In this document: positions 13,805-26,729 of the stretch, one piece after another
How the letters are laid out: every line of letters begins with the position of its first letter
Position numbering within the stretch: the stretch's first letter is position 1
Assembly (NCBI GenBank): GCA_951406725.2
Contig: OX597817.1
Coordinates: 84,196,001 to 84,260,000, forward strand
Length of the DNA: 64,000 nt
From: Octopus vulgaris
Lineage: Eukaryota
Reading direction: 5' to 3'
The notes under the pieces: generated by a model
Database searches by the model: none
Seen by the model: only the letters and a program-made list of their open reading frames with translations
Told to the model about the DNA's origin: nothing
Position numbers and translations under genes: made by a program

Positions 13805-14278
13805 ATTTAGGAATGGTCATTTTGCCAGTTTAGCCAATAAAAACACGCGCACTATATATTTGGTGTTACTTTGCTTCAGCGTTATTTATTTTTTGCATTA
13901 ATTTTAATCTTATTTCGAGTTCTTTCGTCACACTCCTGTAACCGCATCAGTGGTCCTTTGCTTTCTTCTTTCTTATTTGTTTGTCTCCCTTACACACAAC
14001 AATAACAATAATAACAACCAATTACTCCCTTTACTTGTCACTCGTGAATTTCATTACAAACAACCTGGACCAAATTTCTTCTTAAGAAAAATTATATATT
14101 CATATAAATTAAATATTATATCATGAATAGCGATTGCGAAACCGGTAGATACGTTAAAAATTATATTATAACCATGTAAGTGTGCGTATTTTCCTTTTTA
14201 AATTTCTTATATACATTACAATCCACCACGTGGAGACAACCGAAATTCCTCTTTTCTGTTACTACTATATATATATAT

Positions 14279-14341
<63 letters not shown>

Positions 14342-14342
<1 letters not shown>

Positions 14343-14733
14343 TTACTCTTTACTCTTTATTCTTCACTTGTTTCAGTCATTTGACTGCGGCCATGCTGGA
14401 GCACCGACTTTAGTCGAGCAAATTGACCCCGGGACTTATTTTTTGTAAGCCCAGTACTTATTCTATCGGTCTCTTTTGCCGAACCACTAAGTGACAGGGA
14501 CGTAAACACACCAGCATCGGTTGTCAAGCAATGCTAGAGGGACAAACACAGACACACAAACATATACACACACATACACATATATATATACATATATATG
14601 ACAGGTTTCTTTCAGTTTCCGTCTACCAAATCGACTCACAAGGCTTTGGTCGGCCCGAGCCTATAGCAGAAGACACTGAACCCGGAACCATGTGGTTGGT
14701 TAGCAAGCTACTTACCACACAGCCACTCCTGCG

Positions 14734-14735
<2 letters not shown>
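14342..14735 (-). mobile_element. Bipartite CORE/Nin-like tRNA-SINE, near full-length
   Basis: Reverse complement of the 807-1210 element with a small deletion in the head. Further 3'-half copies at about 12895-13090(+), 13395-13552(-), 14780-14985(-). Confidence 0.85.
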
Positions 14736-14779
<44 letters not shown>

Positions 14780-15033
14780 TCTCTTACTTGTTTCAGTGAT
14801 TTGACTGCAGCCATGCTGGAGTGCCACCTTTAGTCGTACAAATCGACCACAGAACTTATTCTTTGTAAGCCTAGTACTTATTCCTTCGTTCTTTTTTCAC
14901 AACCACCATGTTACAGAGCCATAAACACACCAACATCGGCTATCAAGCGAGGGCGGGGGGTGACAAATACAAACCCACAAATACATACATTTATATATAT
15001 ATATGTGTGTGTGTGTGTATAATTCATTAGCTT

Positions 15034-15150
15034 AGTCCTGATGAGTGACTATATTTTTAAATAGAATTAATTTTAGTTCGATTAAATTTTAAATCGAATT
15101 GATTTTATTATTATCTATTTGAAAATATAGCCACGAAGCGCACGTAGTCT
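15034..15150 (+). ncRNA. Degenerate type I hammerhead ribozyme with long stem II (PLE terminal repeat relic)
   Basis: CUGAUGA at 15038-15044, stem II GUG-A-CUAUAUUUU-UAAAUAGA / UCUAUUUG-AAAAUAUAG-C-CAC, then GAAG (for GAAA), CGCACG, GUA triplet. Stem I is weak. Confidence 0.55.
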
Positions 15151-15782
15151 TTTTAGTACTATTTACTATTTATTGTACTTTATTGATTTTTAGAATAAGT
15201 TTTTTTTTATAGTATATGGTTTCTATAAGGTGTGAATAACATCCAGTATATATGTATTAGAAACACGCGCGCACATGTGTATAGAAAAATAGATGAAAAC
15301 TAGAAGTCGTTGAGTTTCCGTGTTCACGGTCTGTACTAAAAGTATCATTAGTAAACTTCCCTAAATAAACCTTCAACGGAAAGACACCACATAAGTAAAG
15401 TACTAGAGGAAGGAGGAATTGAAGTGGTTCAACGTTATAATTTGAAGGTTATTCAGTAACTGCATAGCACTTATTTTTCCGCCATGACTTTCCAAATCTC
15501 AAGCAATATGTACGGTTGCTCCAAGGTCGATTTTGAAATGCGTGAAAACAATGCGTTGACGTTTACGGAGGCGAGCAAAGCACATAATGAAAGTGTGCAA
15601 TGGACCAGCGATTTGACTCAGCAAGTAAGAAGTGACGAGTGTGTGCGTGTGTGTGTGTTTGTGTTTGTGTGTTGTGTGTTGTGTGTGAGTGTGTATGTGT
15701 TTGTGTGTGTGTAGATAGAGAGCGATAAATAGGTACATAAATGCATGTACACGTACATACACATGTATACATACATATGCAC

Positions 15783-16180
15783 ATGGTAAGAAGCTTGCTT
15801 CCCAACGATTTGGTTCAAGGTTCAGTCCCACTGCTTGGCACCTTGGGCAAGTGTTTTCTACTATAGACTCAGGCCGACCAAAGCCTCATGAGTGGATTTC
15901 GTAAACGGAAACTGAAAGATTCCTGTCGTATATATGTATATATATCTATGTTTGTGTCTTTGTGTCTATGTTTGTCCCACACACACACACACGCACACAC
16001 ACACGCACACACACCGCTTGATAACCGGTGCTGGTGTATTTAATGTACCCGTAACCTAGCGTTTCGGCAAAAGAACCGATAGAATAAGTAGCAGGTTTAT
16101 AACAATAAAATATGTACTGGGATCGATGCAAGGGACTAGAATGCATGGCCACATTCTAACCACTGAAACAAGTAAAAAGT
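15783..16180 (+). mobile_element. Bipartite CORE/Nin-like tRNA-SINE
   Basis: GGTTCAGTCCCACTGC...TTGGGCAAGTG head, TA/CA tract, CCGATAGAATAAGTA 3' half. Confidence 0.8.
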
Positions 16181-16885
16181 ACCACGTTTCGCTTATTTTG
16201 ATTAGAATACATTTCAGTAGTTGTATTTCGCTCCTCGTAATGAAGAACATTTTTGATATCATATCTATAAAAGGGAGAATGTGTGTGCGTGTGTGTACGT
16301 GATTAGCACGCATGTCACTCAAATTTTAGGAGGACATTTGTCAACACCCTATCTGGGTTTTGTCAACTTATTTTTACTCTGAGGCACCCGTGGGTAGCGT
16401 AAATATCTATTTTCAGACATAGCTTTTAGCCTCAAAAAATATTAGCCTTAGCTGTTTTGCCAGCGTCTAACAAAAAAAAATAAGATAAAGAAAAGTGGAA
16501 GGCGGCAGAGAGTTTCACGGGAAAGACAAAGTGAGAGAGGGAGAAACAGAGATTGAATGACGTTCATAAACAGCCTTAGCTTTTTTGCCAGTATCTAACA
16601 AAAAAAAAGATAAAGAAAAGTAGAAGAAGGAGGCAGAGAGTTTCACGGGAAAGACAAAGTGAGAGAGGGAGAGAGAGAGAGTAAGTTATGACGTTCATAA
16701 AAAATAAAATGTAAAATGATTTGTTTTTTGCTTTTGAAAGACACTATATTTTATAATCATAGTATATATACTTTCTCACACAACAATTACAATATGTTTA
16801 TTTTAAATATAAATATATTGTAATTGTTATATAATATACTATACTATAATATAATATAAATATATATTTATATTATATTATATAT

Positions 16886-16945
<60 letters not shown>

Positions 16946-16952
16946 TATGTAT

Positions 16953-17765
16953 AAGAAAAAAGTAACAAGAATGGATCAGTAATTCGGTACAATTGTTTCA
17001 TACTGAGAACATTTTTATTTAAAGCTGCAAATATAATGTCAAGTATTCATCAGCCAAATCGCATATATGTTTTCCAACCATCCTAGAAAGTGTAAATATC
17101 CTTATAAAGCATTCAGAGTGAGTTCTATGAATTTGAAGTAAGGTAATAAGCAGACTTGATATGTTTTCCAACAATGCACAGTTTTTAAAAAAAATTTTAA
17201 AAGATTATTAAATTCTCAGAGAAGGTAAATCCAACCATAAAGGTGTTGATATAAATTCCAGGAAACATGAGGAAAGGTGTTGTTAACACACTGGTTCAGT
17301 TCACATCTAACTGTTGCAGACAGAATTTAGTAGTAGTAAGGAATATAGGGAGGTATGTAAAGCCAAGTAAAGGACATTATGGGAGGAAAGAAGTGGGGGA
17401 GTAAGAGGGAATAAGGGTGTCACAGACAAAGATTAGTATGTTTCTGTGGTGACAGAAAATCTAGGTCAATGTTGAAGGAATCTTGAATTTATAAAAGAAC
17501 GGTAAGTTTGACCACCGGCTCTGAACTTGGAGCCTCACAGAGTTAATGGTGGGGTAAAGAACACAGAGATCAAAGGAAAGCATTAAAGGGGTCAAAGGTT
17601 ATCAGTAGTTATTGTACCGAATTACTGATCCATTCTTGTTGCTTTTTTCTTGGTTATAATCACCCCACATATTTTTATGGTTAATACCATAAAGAATTCT
17701 GGGGCATCTAAGTTAAGTACCATATTCATTTGAATTCATTTGAATCTTAATTGTTTTGCTGAAAT
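16953..17765 (-). mobile_element. PLE-derived element with 41-bp inverted repeats, inserted in (TA)n
   Basis: 16953-16993 and 17611-17651 are reverse complements (1 mismatch). Hammerhead at the left end, extra tail 17652-17765, TA tracts on both sides. Confidence 0.7.
16982..17059 (-). ncRNA. Type I hammerhead ribozyme, intact core
   Basis: Minus strand: AUUUGG CUGAUGA AUACU...AGUAU GAAA CAAUUG UA CCGAAU. Stem I 6 bp, stem II at least 5 bp, palindromic stem III ACAAUUGU, GUA cleavage triplet. Confidence 0.8.
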
Positions 17766-19123
17766 TATATATATATATATATATATACATAACTAATTTC
17801 AACGGATTTCGCCCAAATTTAACGTCTATAATACTTAGTTTGGTTTGAAATAAAGAACTTGATTAGCTTAATAATCGTAACTTAATTCCGGGTAAGGCCG
17901 GGTTATACTGCTAGTAAGTAATAAAGAGACTTACAGTGAATCAAAAATATAAAAGGAAATATAAAAATAAGCAAGTGAATCAAATAATGTTTTACACTGA
18001 TAATGATAAACATAAAATAAAAACCATAAGACAAGTATGATTAGAAAGAAAAACAAAACACAAAACACAATTGGTCATTCAGGCTGACCCCAAGGTGACC
18101 TTTACATTTTCAAGAAGCAAAAAAATTTATATATACTCATATGATCAGACTCCAAAAAGGCTGGTGCTGGTCTGCGTATCCATGAATTATATCATGTAGC
18201 AAAATCGATAAGAAGCGTACAGTAATCTTGCTGCGAGGAGTGGAAAATTCAACGCTTCGGAAAGTGTTCTTCTTCAGGGAAAAGAGAGACAGCGGCGTTT
18301 CACAGCCTGCATGGTAAACAAATTGGCTGCAACATGTACATAAATAGATATATACATGCATAATCATATCTATATATGTTCACATAATTACACGTATTGG
18401 TATGTCTGTATATGTACGAGATGACAATATGGGCTAGTAGTGAGTTTGATTCATGGACCGGATGGCGCGTTGTTCTTTTGAGTAAGATACATTGTCTCAA
18501 CCTGCCTCAACTTACCTCTACTCTACTTCTGCTGAAATGTTAATACTGGCCAGCTGCCACATCCGCGATGTTTCTCTGGATCATAAATGGTTGGGCTGAC
18601 AGCGTGTCTATAGCTGCTTGCGAATTACTTCTACAACTGAAATAATTAACGAAACTATTTTATTAGTTTTCCTTAACTGCCGTCTTTGCCGGCGTACAAA
18701 TCCAAATTTATAATGTCCGCAAACACTTATTGTAAGATATTATAAGGTGGTCTTGAAGGGGAAATGTACGAGTCTGTGCACGTAGATACAATAATAGACG
18801 GTATAGTGGAATAAAGTATGAAACCATAAATTTATCAGGCATAAACTGCGTTATACGAGTACAGTATTTCAATTTTATCCTTTTCCATACCATCTGCATA
18901 GTTGTTCATCTTTTGGTCAAGAGAATACCCAAACAGGAAGTAAGACTTTTATTTATGACTATGATATTTTATGTTATTGCCACCGCCTGCCACGGTGTTG
19001 CATAACTGCTATGGTTTTATTGTCAGCCGCACATGCAAATAGCTGACAGGCGGATGAAAGTTTAACATTCTTTTCATAACTTGGAATAGAATTTTCCTTT
19101 AGATAATTAAAAAAGATTACTAT

Positions 19124-19500
19124 TGGTGTAGGCGTAGCTGGGTGGTAAAGAAGCTTACTTTCCAACTAAGTGATCTTGTATTCGGTCCTACTGCGCAGCA
19201 GCTTGGACGAGTATCTTCTATAGCTCAAGGCCGACCAAATCTTTCTCAGTGGATATGGGAGACGAAAACTTAAAAGAAGCCCGTCGTATACGTGTGTGCG
19301 GTTTTGTGTTTGTCCTTCATCACCGCTTGACAACCGATGTTGTTTTGCTTATATCCCCGTAATTTAGCAAAAGAATCCGATAAAATAAGTGCCAGACTTA
19401 CAAATAAGCACGTGGGTTACTTTGTTCGACTAAACCCTTCAGGGCTATGCCACAGCATAGCTACTGCCCAATAACTGCAACAAGTAAATGTTAAAATGTA
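19124..19500 (+). mobile_element. Bipartite CORE/Nin-like tRNA-SINE, diverged full-length copy
   Basis: Alignable by eye with 807-1210 over the head and the 3' half. Confidence 0.75.
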
Positions 19501-19904
19501 GAAATAACACAGTCATGAAATAGTGTCACGTGTCGGTTATGTATGGTGGGGAACGGGGTATAATGAGACGATGTGACCGCTGGGCACAGCAGCGGATCTA
19601 CGTAGGTAATTCTTCTTAATTGTGACGAAATAGACGGCGATATTTCGGCTTGTTTTTATTATTTTATTATTATTAACAATTATTCAGCTTCCTACAGCAC
19701 TCCATCTCTCATTCGTAATACTGATGCATTCGGGGTAGAGCAATGTTTTGTACATTTAATAATTTTTAAAATGCCCCTAATTTGAGGAGAATACAGTAGT
19801 GAGATGACAGGCTTGGTTTCATTTAAATGTGTGTGTGTGTGTATACACACACGCACACATAAACGCACGCATACGCATCTATCTATCTATCTGTATATCT
19901 ATCA

Positions 19905-19935
<31 letters not shown>

Positions 19936-20028
19936 CACATATATATATACAAACGTACACATATACATATATAAATATATATATATATGTGTGTGTGTGT
20001 ATATATATATATATATACATACATGCGT

Positions 20029-20104
<76 letters not shown>

Positions 20105-20113
20105 TAGAGGGTG

Positions 20114-20280
20114 ATAATTATATTACCGGTCATAGAGTGCATTCATAAAGCGCTTGGCTTTATAGACGACGCGTCAGACTCGAATGGCCGCAGCGACTGG
20201 AGTCTGATGACTCGTCTATAAGGCTAACCATTTTATGAATGTGAAAACATTGGTCACACAATGACCGGCCATATAATTAA
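20114..20280. repeat. Imperfect palindrome of about 165 bp, MITE-like
   Basis: Nested complementary blocks TAATTATAT/ATATAATTA, CCGGTCAT/ATGACCGG, CATTCATAAA/TTTATGAATG, TTGGCTTTATAGACGA/TCGTCTATAAGGCTAA, CGTCAGACTC/GAGTCTGATG. Confidence 0.75.
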
Positions 20281-20437
20281 CTTCATGTAAATACATTATT
20301 GCTCTAGCGTATAGAGTGTGCTTCTTTTTCGGACATATGGTCCACTGATGCTGTGTGTGTGCGTGTAAATATATAAATATATATATATTCATGAATGTAT
20401 ACATAAATGTTTGTATATCTATTTTTGCTTTATACAC

Positions 20438-20511
<74 letters not shown>

Positions 20512-20512
<1 letters not shown>

Positions 20513-20722
20513 TATGTTGATTCGCTAGCTTCTGCACGCATTTTTTTCTCTCCTTGTTTCTCTCCGTGTTTCTTTTCTGTGTATCTTTCTGTTGAAGAGC
20601 GTAGGCTCGAAACGTAAAAGACTTGTTTTATTTATATTCCTGAGCGCCATACTAATACAATTGTTTGTTTGTATTCCACCTGCCTTCGTCTTTTGTTTAT
20701 TTTCATAAAGCTTCCCGTTATA
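20512..20722 (+). mobile_element. Short non-coding PLE-derived element between TA tracts, with a minimal hammerhead (20584-20621)
   Basis: UCUUU CUGUUGA A GAGC GUAG GCUC GAAA CG UA AAAGA: stems I and II perfect, one core change (CUGA>CUGU). Related to the element at 59150-59360. Confidence 0.65.
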
Positions 20723-21162
20723 TACAGATATATATGCATGCACACTTACACACCACACACATACGCATACACACACATATATACATAAATGACAAAACAA
20801 AACAGAAGTATAACCATCTAAGCGATATTGTTATACATGCATACTCATAGCTTACCTTTATAGACATGTATGTGTACATATCTGCACGTGCGAGTGTATC
20901 TGAATGCGTTTGTGTGTGTCTTTGTGCCTGTGTGTGCGCATTTGTGTACGTGTGTGTGTGTGTTCGTGTGTGTGTGTATGTGTGTGTGAATGTGTGGGTA
21001 TGTTTGTGTGTGTGCGCGTGCTGTGGTGATGGTGGCTTAACGCGTCAGCATATTCACATGTGCGTTCATTATGCTCTCAGTGCGAGCAAGCAATCCAGGC
21101 AGGCACCTTGCTGTGTATAATTAAAAGCTTGTTTTCAGGTGCGAACATACGCGCATGTATGA

Positions 21163-21269
<107 letters not shown>

Positions 21270-21439
21270 TATATTCCTTTCTATATGCGTATGTAAATAT
21301 ACTTATGCATATTAATATCAGTGTGCTTGTGTGTATGTGTGTGGATAATATAAACCTATGTATAGCTTCCTCTCATTCTATATATATACGTACGTATATG
21401 TGTATGCGCGCGCGTGTGCTTATCTATCTATCTATCTAC

Positions 21440-21472
<33 letters not shown>

Positions 21473-21481
21473 ATATATATA

Positions 21482-21527
<46 letters not shown>

Positions 21528-22254
21528 GTGTGTGTGTATATGTACGTATGTACGTGCTTTTGAATGTGCGGTATATGTAATTCTTATACACACGCAAATA
21601 TTCTAGCCATAACTGTATAAATGCGCGGCATTGATTTATTTTCTTTTATTCGTTTTTGGCGTATGCAATCTTTGGGGCATGTATGTTTTTGTGCTCGTGT
21701 ATATATAAAATGAAGTCTAGATGTCTATACGTATTGATTACTTTCCCTTCAGTGCAAGTATATAAATGCTATTTTGCGTGTGTCATTATTGCTTGCATGT
21801 TTAATGCTTAGTGCTTAAGTCTGTTACTATTTCTGTGAACATGCCTGCACGTGTGAGGAGAGCATGTACATGTGTGTGTCATCGTGTGTGTGTGTGTGTG
21901 TCTATGTGTGTGTGTGTGTGTGTGTCTTTGTGTGTGTATGTATTTATGTGTATGTCTACATTGTGTTTAATACATATATTTATGAATACTTGACTGAACA
22001 TCTATGCTAAGTATGTATTGTTGTGTATCAAACTGTCAAGTTCGCTTGTATGTTAGGGTGTTAGATGCTGTTGTCGATTGGTTTAAATGCTCACTTTACG
22101 ATTGTAAGATCCTGGGTTCGATCACACAGCCTAACCTCTTGAGCGTGTTTTGTACCATAACCTCGCTTTTCCCAAGCTTTTTGAGTGTAATTAGATTGAT
22201 GTAACCTGTGTGGAAACCTGTCGTAACTGATATTTAAGTGTTCGACCTTATCAT

Positions 22255-22468
22255 ATAAATAAAAATAAATGCGCCCTTTTAAAGCTTAGCCAGACTCATG
22301 GGCCCGGTTTCCCGGTTTCTATGGCGTATATATACCTCAGCTGGACAGGACGCCAGTCCATCGCAGCGTTACTCATTTTTGCCAGCTGAGTGTACTGGAG
22401 CAACGTGAAATGAAGTGCTTTGCTTAAGAACACAACGCGTCGCCCGGTCCAGGAATCGAAACTCCACC
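22255..22468 (-). mobile_element. V-domain tRNA-SINE, 5'-truncated
   Basis: Minus strand TTCGATTCC B-box, CORE-like TTCTTAAGCAAAGCACTT, V-domain GCGATGGACTGGCGTCCTGTCCAG. Confidence 0.7.
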
Positions 22469-23384
22469 TTATCATATAGTGCAAGACTAATTCTGCGTAA
22501 GAATTCCGTCACTTGTATGTGGAATACTAGGCCACCTACATGCTAATTCATTTGAGAAGCGTTTAGTTTCTGTTTCATATATACAACCTCCTTGGTATAT
22601 ATATGCATGTGTATATATGAATATACAAACATACATATATACATATATGCATGTATGTGTCGTATATGTGTGTAGTACTGGTGTATCTCTGAATATCTCT
22701 ATGTCACACATCTGTTAGTGTATAGATATATTTGTTTGCATATGTGGATAGTTATACATACACAACATAAACTATATATTTGCATATATACATATATAAT
22801 TCGTACTTCGGTTTGCGTCGGACATATTGCAGAGGATATGGTTTTTCAAAACTGAAACTGAGAGTTAGTCTAGCAACTTGAGTTTCACATCACTGCGATC
22901 TTCAGGCAAGAACTGGTAAAAGTCAATACTGGTGCGTCTATTTCTTCATTGGTATGCTTTTCCTGTTTATTGATTGGATTGTATTTTTATCTCTCCTCTT
23001 CGTTGGTTGTTTGTCTTCTTTTTGTAATTTGGTGTTTGTATTTCTTGAAATTGTAGGTAGCTTGGTATATAATAAGTTTATTTAGAATTTATTGATGAAT
23101 TGGTGTTGAGCGGCTTTTTCCTTTCATATATGTGTGTGTATGCTTGTGTGTTAGGCTTTAAATAAACGTTTTGAGAAAGGTTCTTTATTGGTTCTTTGAT
23201 AAAAGTTCCTAAAGCATGTGTTATTTTAAGAAGTAATTAAGACTATATGTATTAGCTATATACTTGATAAACAGTAATTCAGCGGCTTAGTGATGTTTGA
23301 GGATCATTTTGTAAGATATCGTTCATTTTACGAATTTTGTTTCTTTTGTTTGGGAAATATATTTGTGCGTGAGGCAGTGTGTGT

Positions 23385-23425
<41 letters not shown>

Positions 23426-23670
23426 TGTATTTCTTTAGATTTTTGTCTTTTAGATAATCTATTCGAAGAATAAGGTGACATTGGTATATTATTATCTAAA
23501 ACTAGGATGGCATTGTTATTTTGCCAGCGGTAATATTTCATAAATAATATATCAATAGCAACATAAATGTGTGTATATATGGGAACTTGTTTATGATTGT
23601 CCATAATTCGTGTTAGCCGAGAGAACAAGATCGTATCTACATTGGACGGATATGCCTTTAAAGAATGGTC

Positions 23671-23938
23671 ACACACACACATACACATAAACAGACACAT
23701 ACTCACACACAAATATTTCCTCAAAACAAGAAAACAAATCTTCCAACCTACTAAAAACAAAATTCCACTACAGTTAAATCATACACACACACACACACAC
23801 ACACACGTACTACAAACATAATAACGGATGTTTAATCAGCATCAAATGACACAAAGCACAGAAACCATTTATCGTCGAGTGGTTTCTGTGCTTTGTGTCA
23901 TTTGATGCTGATTAAACATCCGTTATTATGTTTGTAGT

Positions 23939-24009
<71 letters not shown>

Positions 24010-24101
24010 ATTTAACTGTAGTGGAATTTTGTTTTTAGTAGGTTGGAAGATTTGTTTTCTTGTTTTGAGGAAATATTTGTGTGTGAGTATGTGTCTGTTT
24101 A

Positions 24102-24120
<19 letters not shown>
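23671..24120. repeat. Near-perfect fold-back palindrome (arms about 190 bp excluding the CA/TG length difference, 12-nt loop at 23868-23879)
   Basis: ...CATCAAATGACACAAAGCACAGAAACCA TTTATCGTCGAG TGGTTTCTGTGCTTTGTGTCATTTGATG... and outward. Unique sequence looks identical in both arms. Confidence 0.9.
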
Positions 24121-24132
<12 letters not shown>

Positions 24133-24234
24133 ATGTGTGTGTTTATGTGTCTGTGTGTGTGTGAGTATATTATATGTAAGATATCAAGTGGGTAAGTAAC
24201 GTTTATCTCTTTTAGGATTTGCGTATGTATATTA

Positions 24235-24669
24235 TTATGTATGTATGTTATTACGTATACGGGTATGTGTGCGTGTAAGGTTTATATCTGTGGATATGGA
24301 CGTAGGTTTTTGGGATTTGTATTTATCATGTTTGGAGTTCGGAGAAGTTTTGAAAATGAATCTATTTACGTGTCTGTATCGTGATATGATCTCACTTATC
24401 TTATTTAGAATGTGTATATTTCGTGTAATTGTGTAGTATTTCTCCATGATACAGAGGAGGCATATACCAGAGTCGTTTATATATGATGGTGCGCAGTCCA
24501 TAATTTCCCATTCTATTTTTGCATTGGTATTCTTTTCTTTTAACTCCAAGAGGCGTTTGAACAGGGATGCTGTATTCCTTCTGTATATGGTCCGAAATGA
24601 TTTTGTATGTTGATTGTAATTGTCATTAAAAGTTCCACCAGTGACGCCGATATAGCTACATGACCACAC
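24235..24669 (-). mobile_element. PLE GIY-YIG endonuclease remnant (Naiad-like)
   Basis: YIGVTGGTF...HTKSF...IEWEIM...SY...CLLCIMEK...ILNKISEIISRYRH, the same motif order as the ENs at 57.6, 60.3 and 63.1 kb. Confidence 0.75.
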
Positions 24670-25721
24670 AAATATCTCCTCTCATAGATGCAAAAGAAAA
24701 AATTATAAAGAAATAAAAATTGGAACAAACGTATTCATACACAAATTTCTCTTCCAAAACAAGAGAAATCAATTCTATATAAGGAACACATGTTCTTTAC
24801 TCACAAAAGTCTCCCTAATTACTCAGCCGTGAAACGCACCATTCATCAGTGATGTAGTTCATGGATATGTCTTTACTTTAAGCAATTCATTCTCACATAT
24901 GCACACTCTTTAGTTAGAACTATGTTTATGTCCTATGACACTGGCAAAATAATAACAGCATCTTAGATTTACACAGTAGCATACCATGTCAGATGACAAC
25001 AATCTACGAGACATACACACACACACATACACCAAAAACACATGCACAAACACACGTACACACACACACTAACATACACACACATACACACACACACACA
25101 CACAAACACACACAGATATCTTTTCTGAAACAAGAGAAGCACAATTCCATAAAAGTATAACATGTCAATTACTCAGAAAACAATTTCCGCAAAAGCTAAC
25201 GGGTATGGTTTTACGATGGGTACTGAGGAGTTACTGGTTTTAAGGATGTTGCAAAAAGCCTGGTTGGAGGCATAGCCTTCCGAGTTCTTTTACAGGGCTT
25301 AGAAAAGAAATGAAGGGCGCCACAATGCATGTGTCAATCTAAGAGGGGAATATTTTAAATAAAATTATAATTAACTGTCTTCCTGTCTTTTCTTTTGCCC
25401 AAAGGTAGAAACGTTTCAGCACCCATTCGCAATTAATACTATAAATAATCCATTCGTAAATAACTTTTCTCAAAACTTTCAATTGGAAACTTACACATAA
25501 GCGCACACAAACAAAATAAGCAACGCGCTGTCAATATTTACTATACACTGCTAAAATTTATAACACACTGTTCCAACTTCAAAATAAAAAATACAAACAC
25601 GAGTTCACAAAATAAAGAGCAACCAATGAAGAGGTCAGAAAAATCATACCGTCCGATCAATAAGCACGTACAACCAATGGACGAACAAAGCATTAGTCCA
25701 AAGGATACCAAAGTACGTCAC

Positions 25722-25780
<59 letters not shown>

Positions 25781-25915
25781 TAAAAAGAAATCCAACCTTG
25801 TCTGATTTTCACGTTTTATTTACAATCTTATAATGATATAATATAATATAATATAATATAATATAATATAATAAAATAAAATAAAATAATAGAATGTTAA
25901 ATGTTCATTCTGATT

Positions 25916-25958
25916 GAACTAGTACTTTCATGCATTAAATTCTGCAATCTTCAGGTTC
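25916..25958 (-). ncRNA. Minimal type I hammerhead ribozyme
   Basis: Minus strand: GAAC CUGAAGA U UGCA GAAUUUAA UGCA U GAAA GUAC UA GUUC. Stem I GAAC/GUUC, stem II UGCA/UGCA, palindromic stem III AGUACU, CUA triplet. Confidence 0.75.
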
Positions 25959-26539
25959 ATGTAGTAGTGGTGACAGTCATTCTTCACAATTTTTGACTGT
26001 AGCGAGATGATTGAATCTGTGCTTTAAATACAGCTGTGTAGACTCCAGATGCTAGGTTTTGCAAACTGTATTCTGACCAATCAGTGTGTAGTATCACTCA
26101 ATTACTTAAGCTGATTGGTTGGTTGAGCTGATTGGTTTAGGCGTCACGCTTTGTTGGACATGTCAAGAGTCCTGTATCTTGACCATGGCCGAAGCAGCAA
26201 TTGTTGGGCTATTTTTAGAAATGTTGTAAATAGCCTTTGTCAGAGATTTTTATATTTCAATTGTCATCATCATCATTGTCAGCACCTTAATTATTGTTGC
26301 TAGTGGTGATGGTGGTGGCAATAGAACTTTTAAGCCTAAATAAGATAATTTTCCTGCTATCTAAGTATTATCATTATTGGTTATTTAGCTTGGGTTCGAA
26401 TTTATCAATAAAATTCTTTTCTCTGATTTTCCTCTCGATTTCACTTGGGCTGTGTAATTTGTAGAATGGAAATATTATATATATTTTCCGGCCACATGTT
26501 GCTAGGTGGTTACTCAAAGGTATCTGACGGACCTCTGGG

Positions 26540-26602
<63 letters not shown>

Positions 26603-26640
26603 AAATAGAATATACTTATATATATCCAAATATATATGTA

Positions 26641-26729
<89 letters not shown>

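Larger units (their letters stand above)
16264..17914 (+). mobile_element. Non-autonomous Helitron carrying a nested PLE relic
   Basis: 5' A|TCTATAAAAGGGAGAATGTGTGTG. 3' CCGGGTAAGGCCGGG (degenerate form of the hairpin at the other Helitron ends) followed by CTAG|T at 17911-17915. Internal tandem duplication of about 125 bp (16445-16700). Confidence 0.6.

Noticed and set aside
13910-13960. Hammerhead-like motif on the minus strand (CUGAUGC G GUUACA GGAG UGUGAC GAAA)
   Set aside because: Stem II is good, but the core is mutated and stems I and III do not pair. Probably a pLTR relic, not callable as a ribozyme. The same applies to motifs near 22870-22910(-), 26780-26825(-) and 51290-51315(+).
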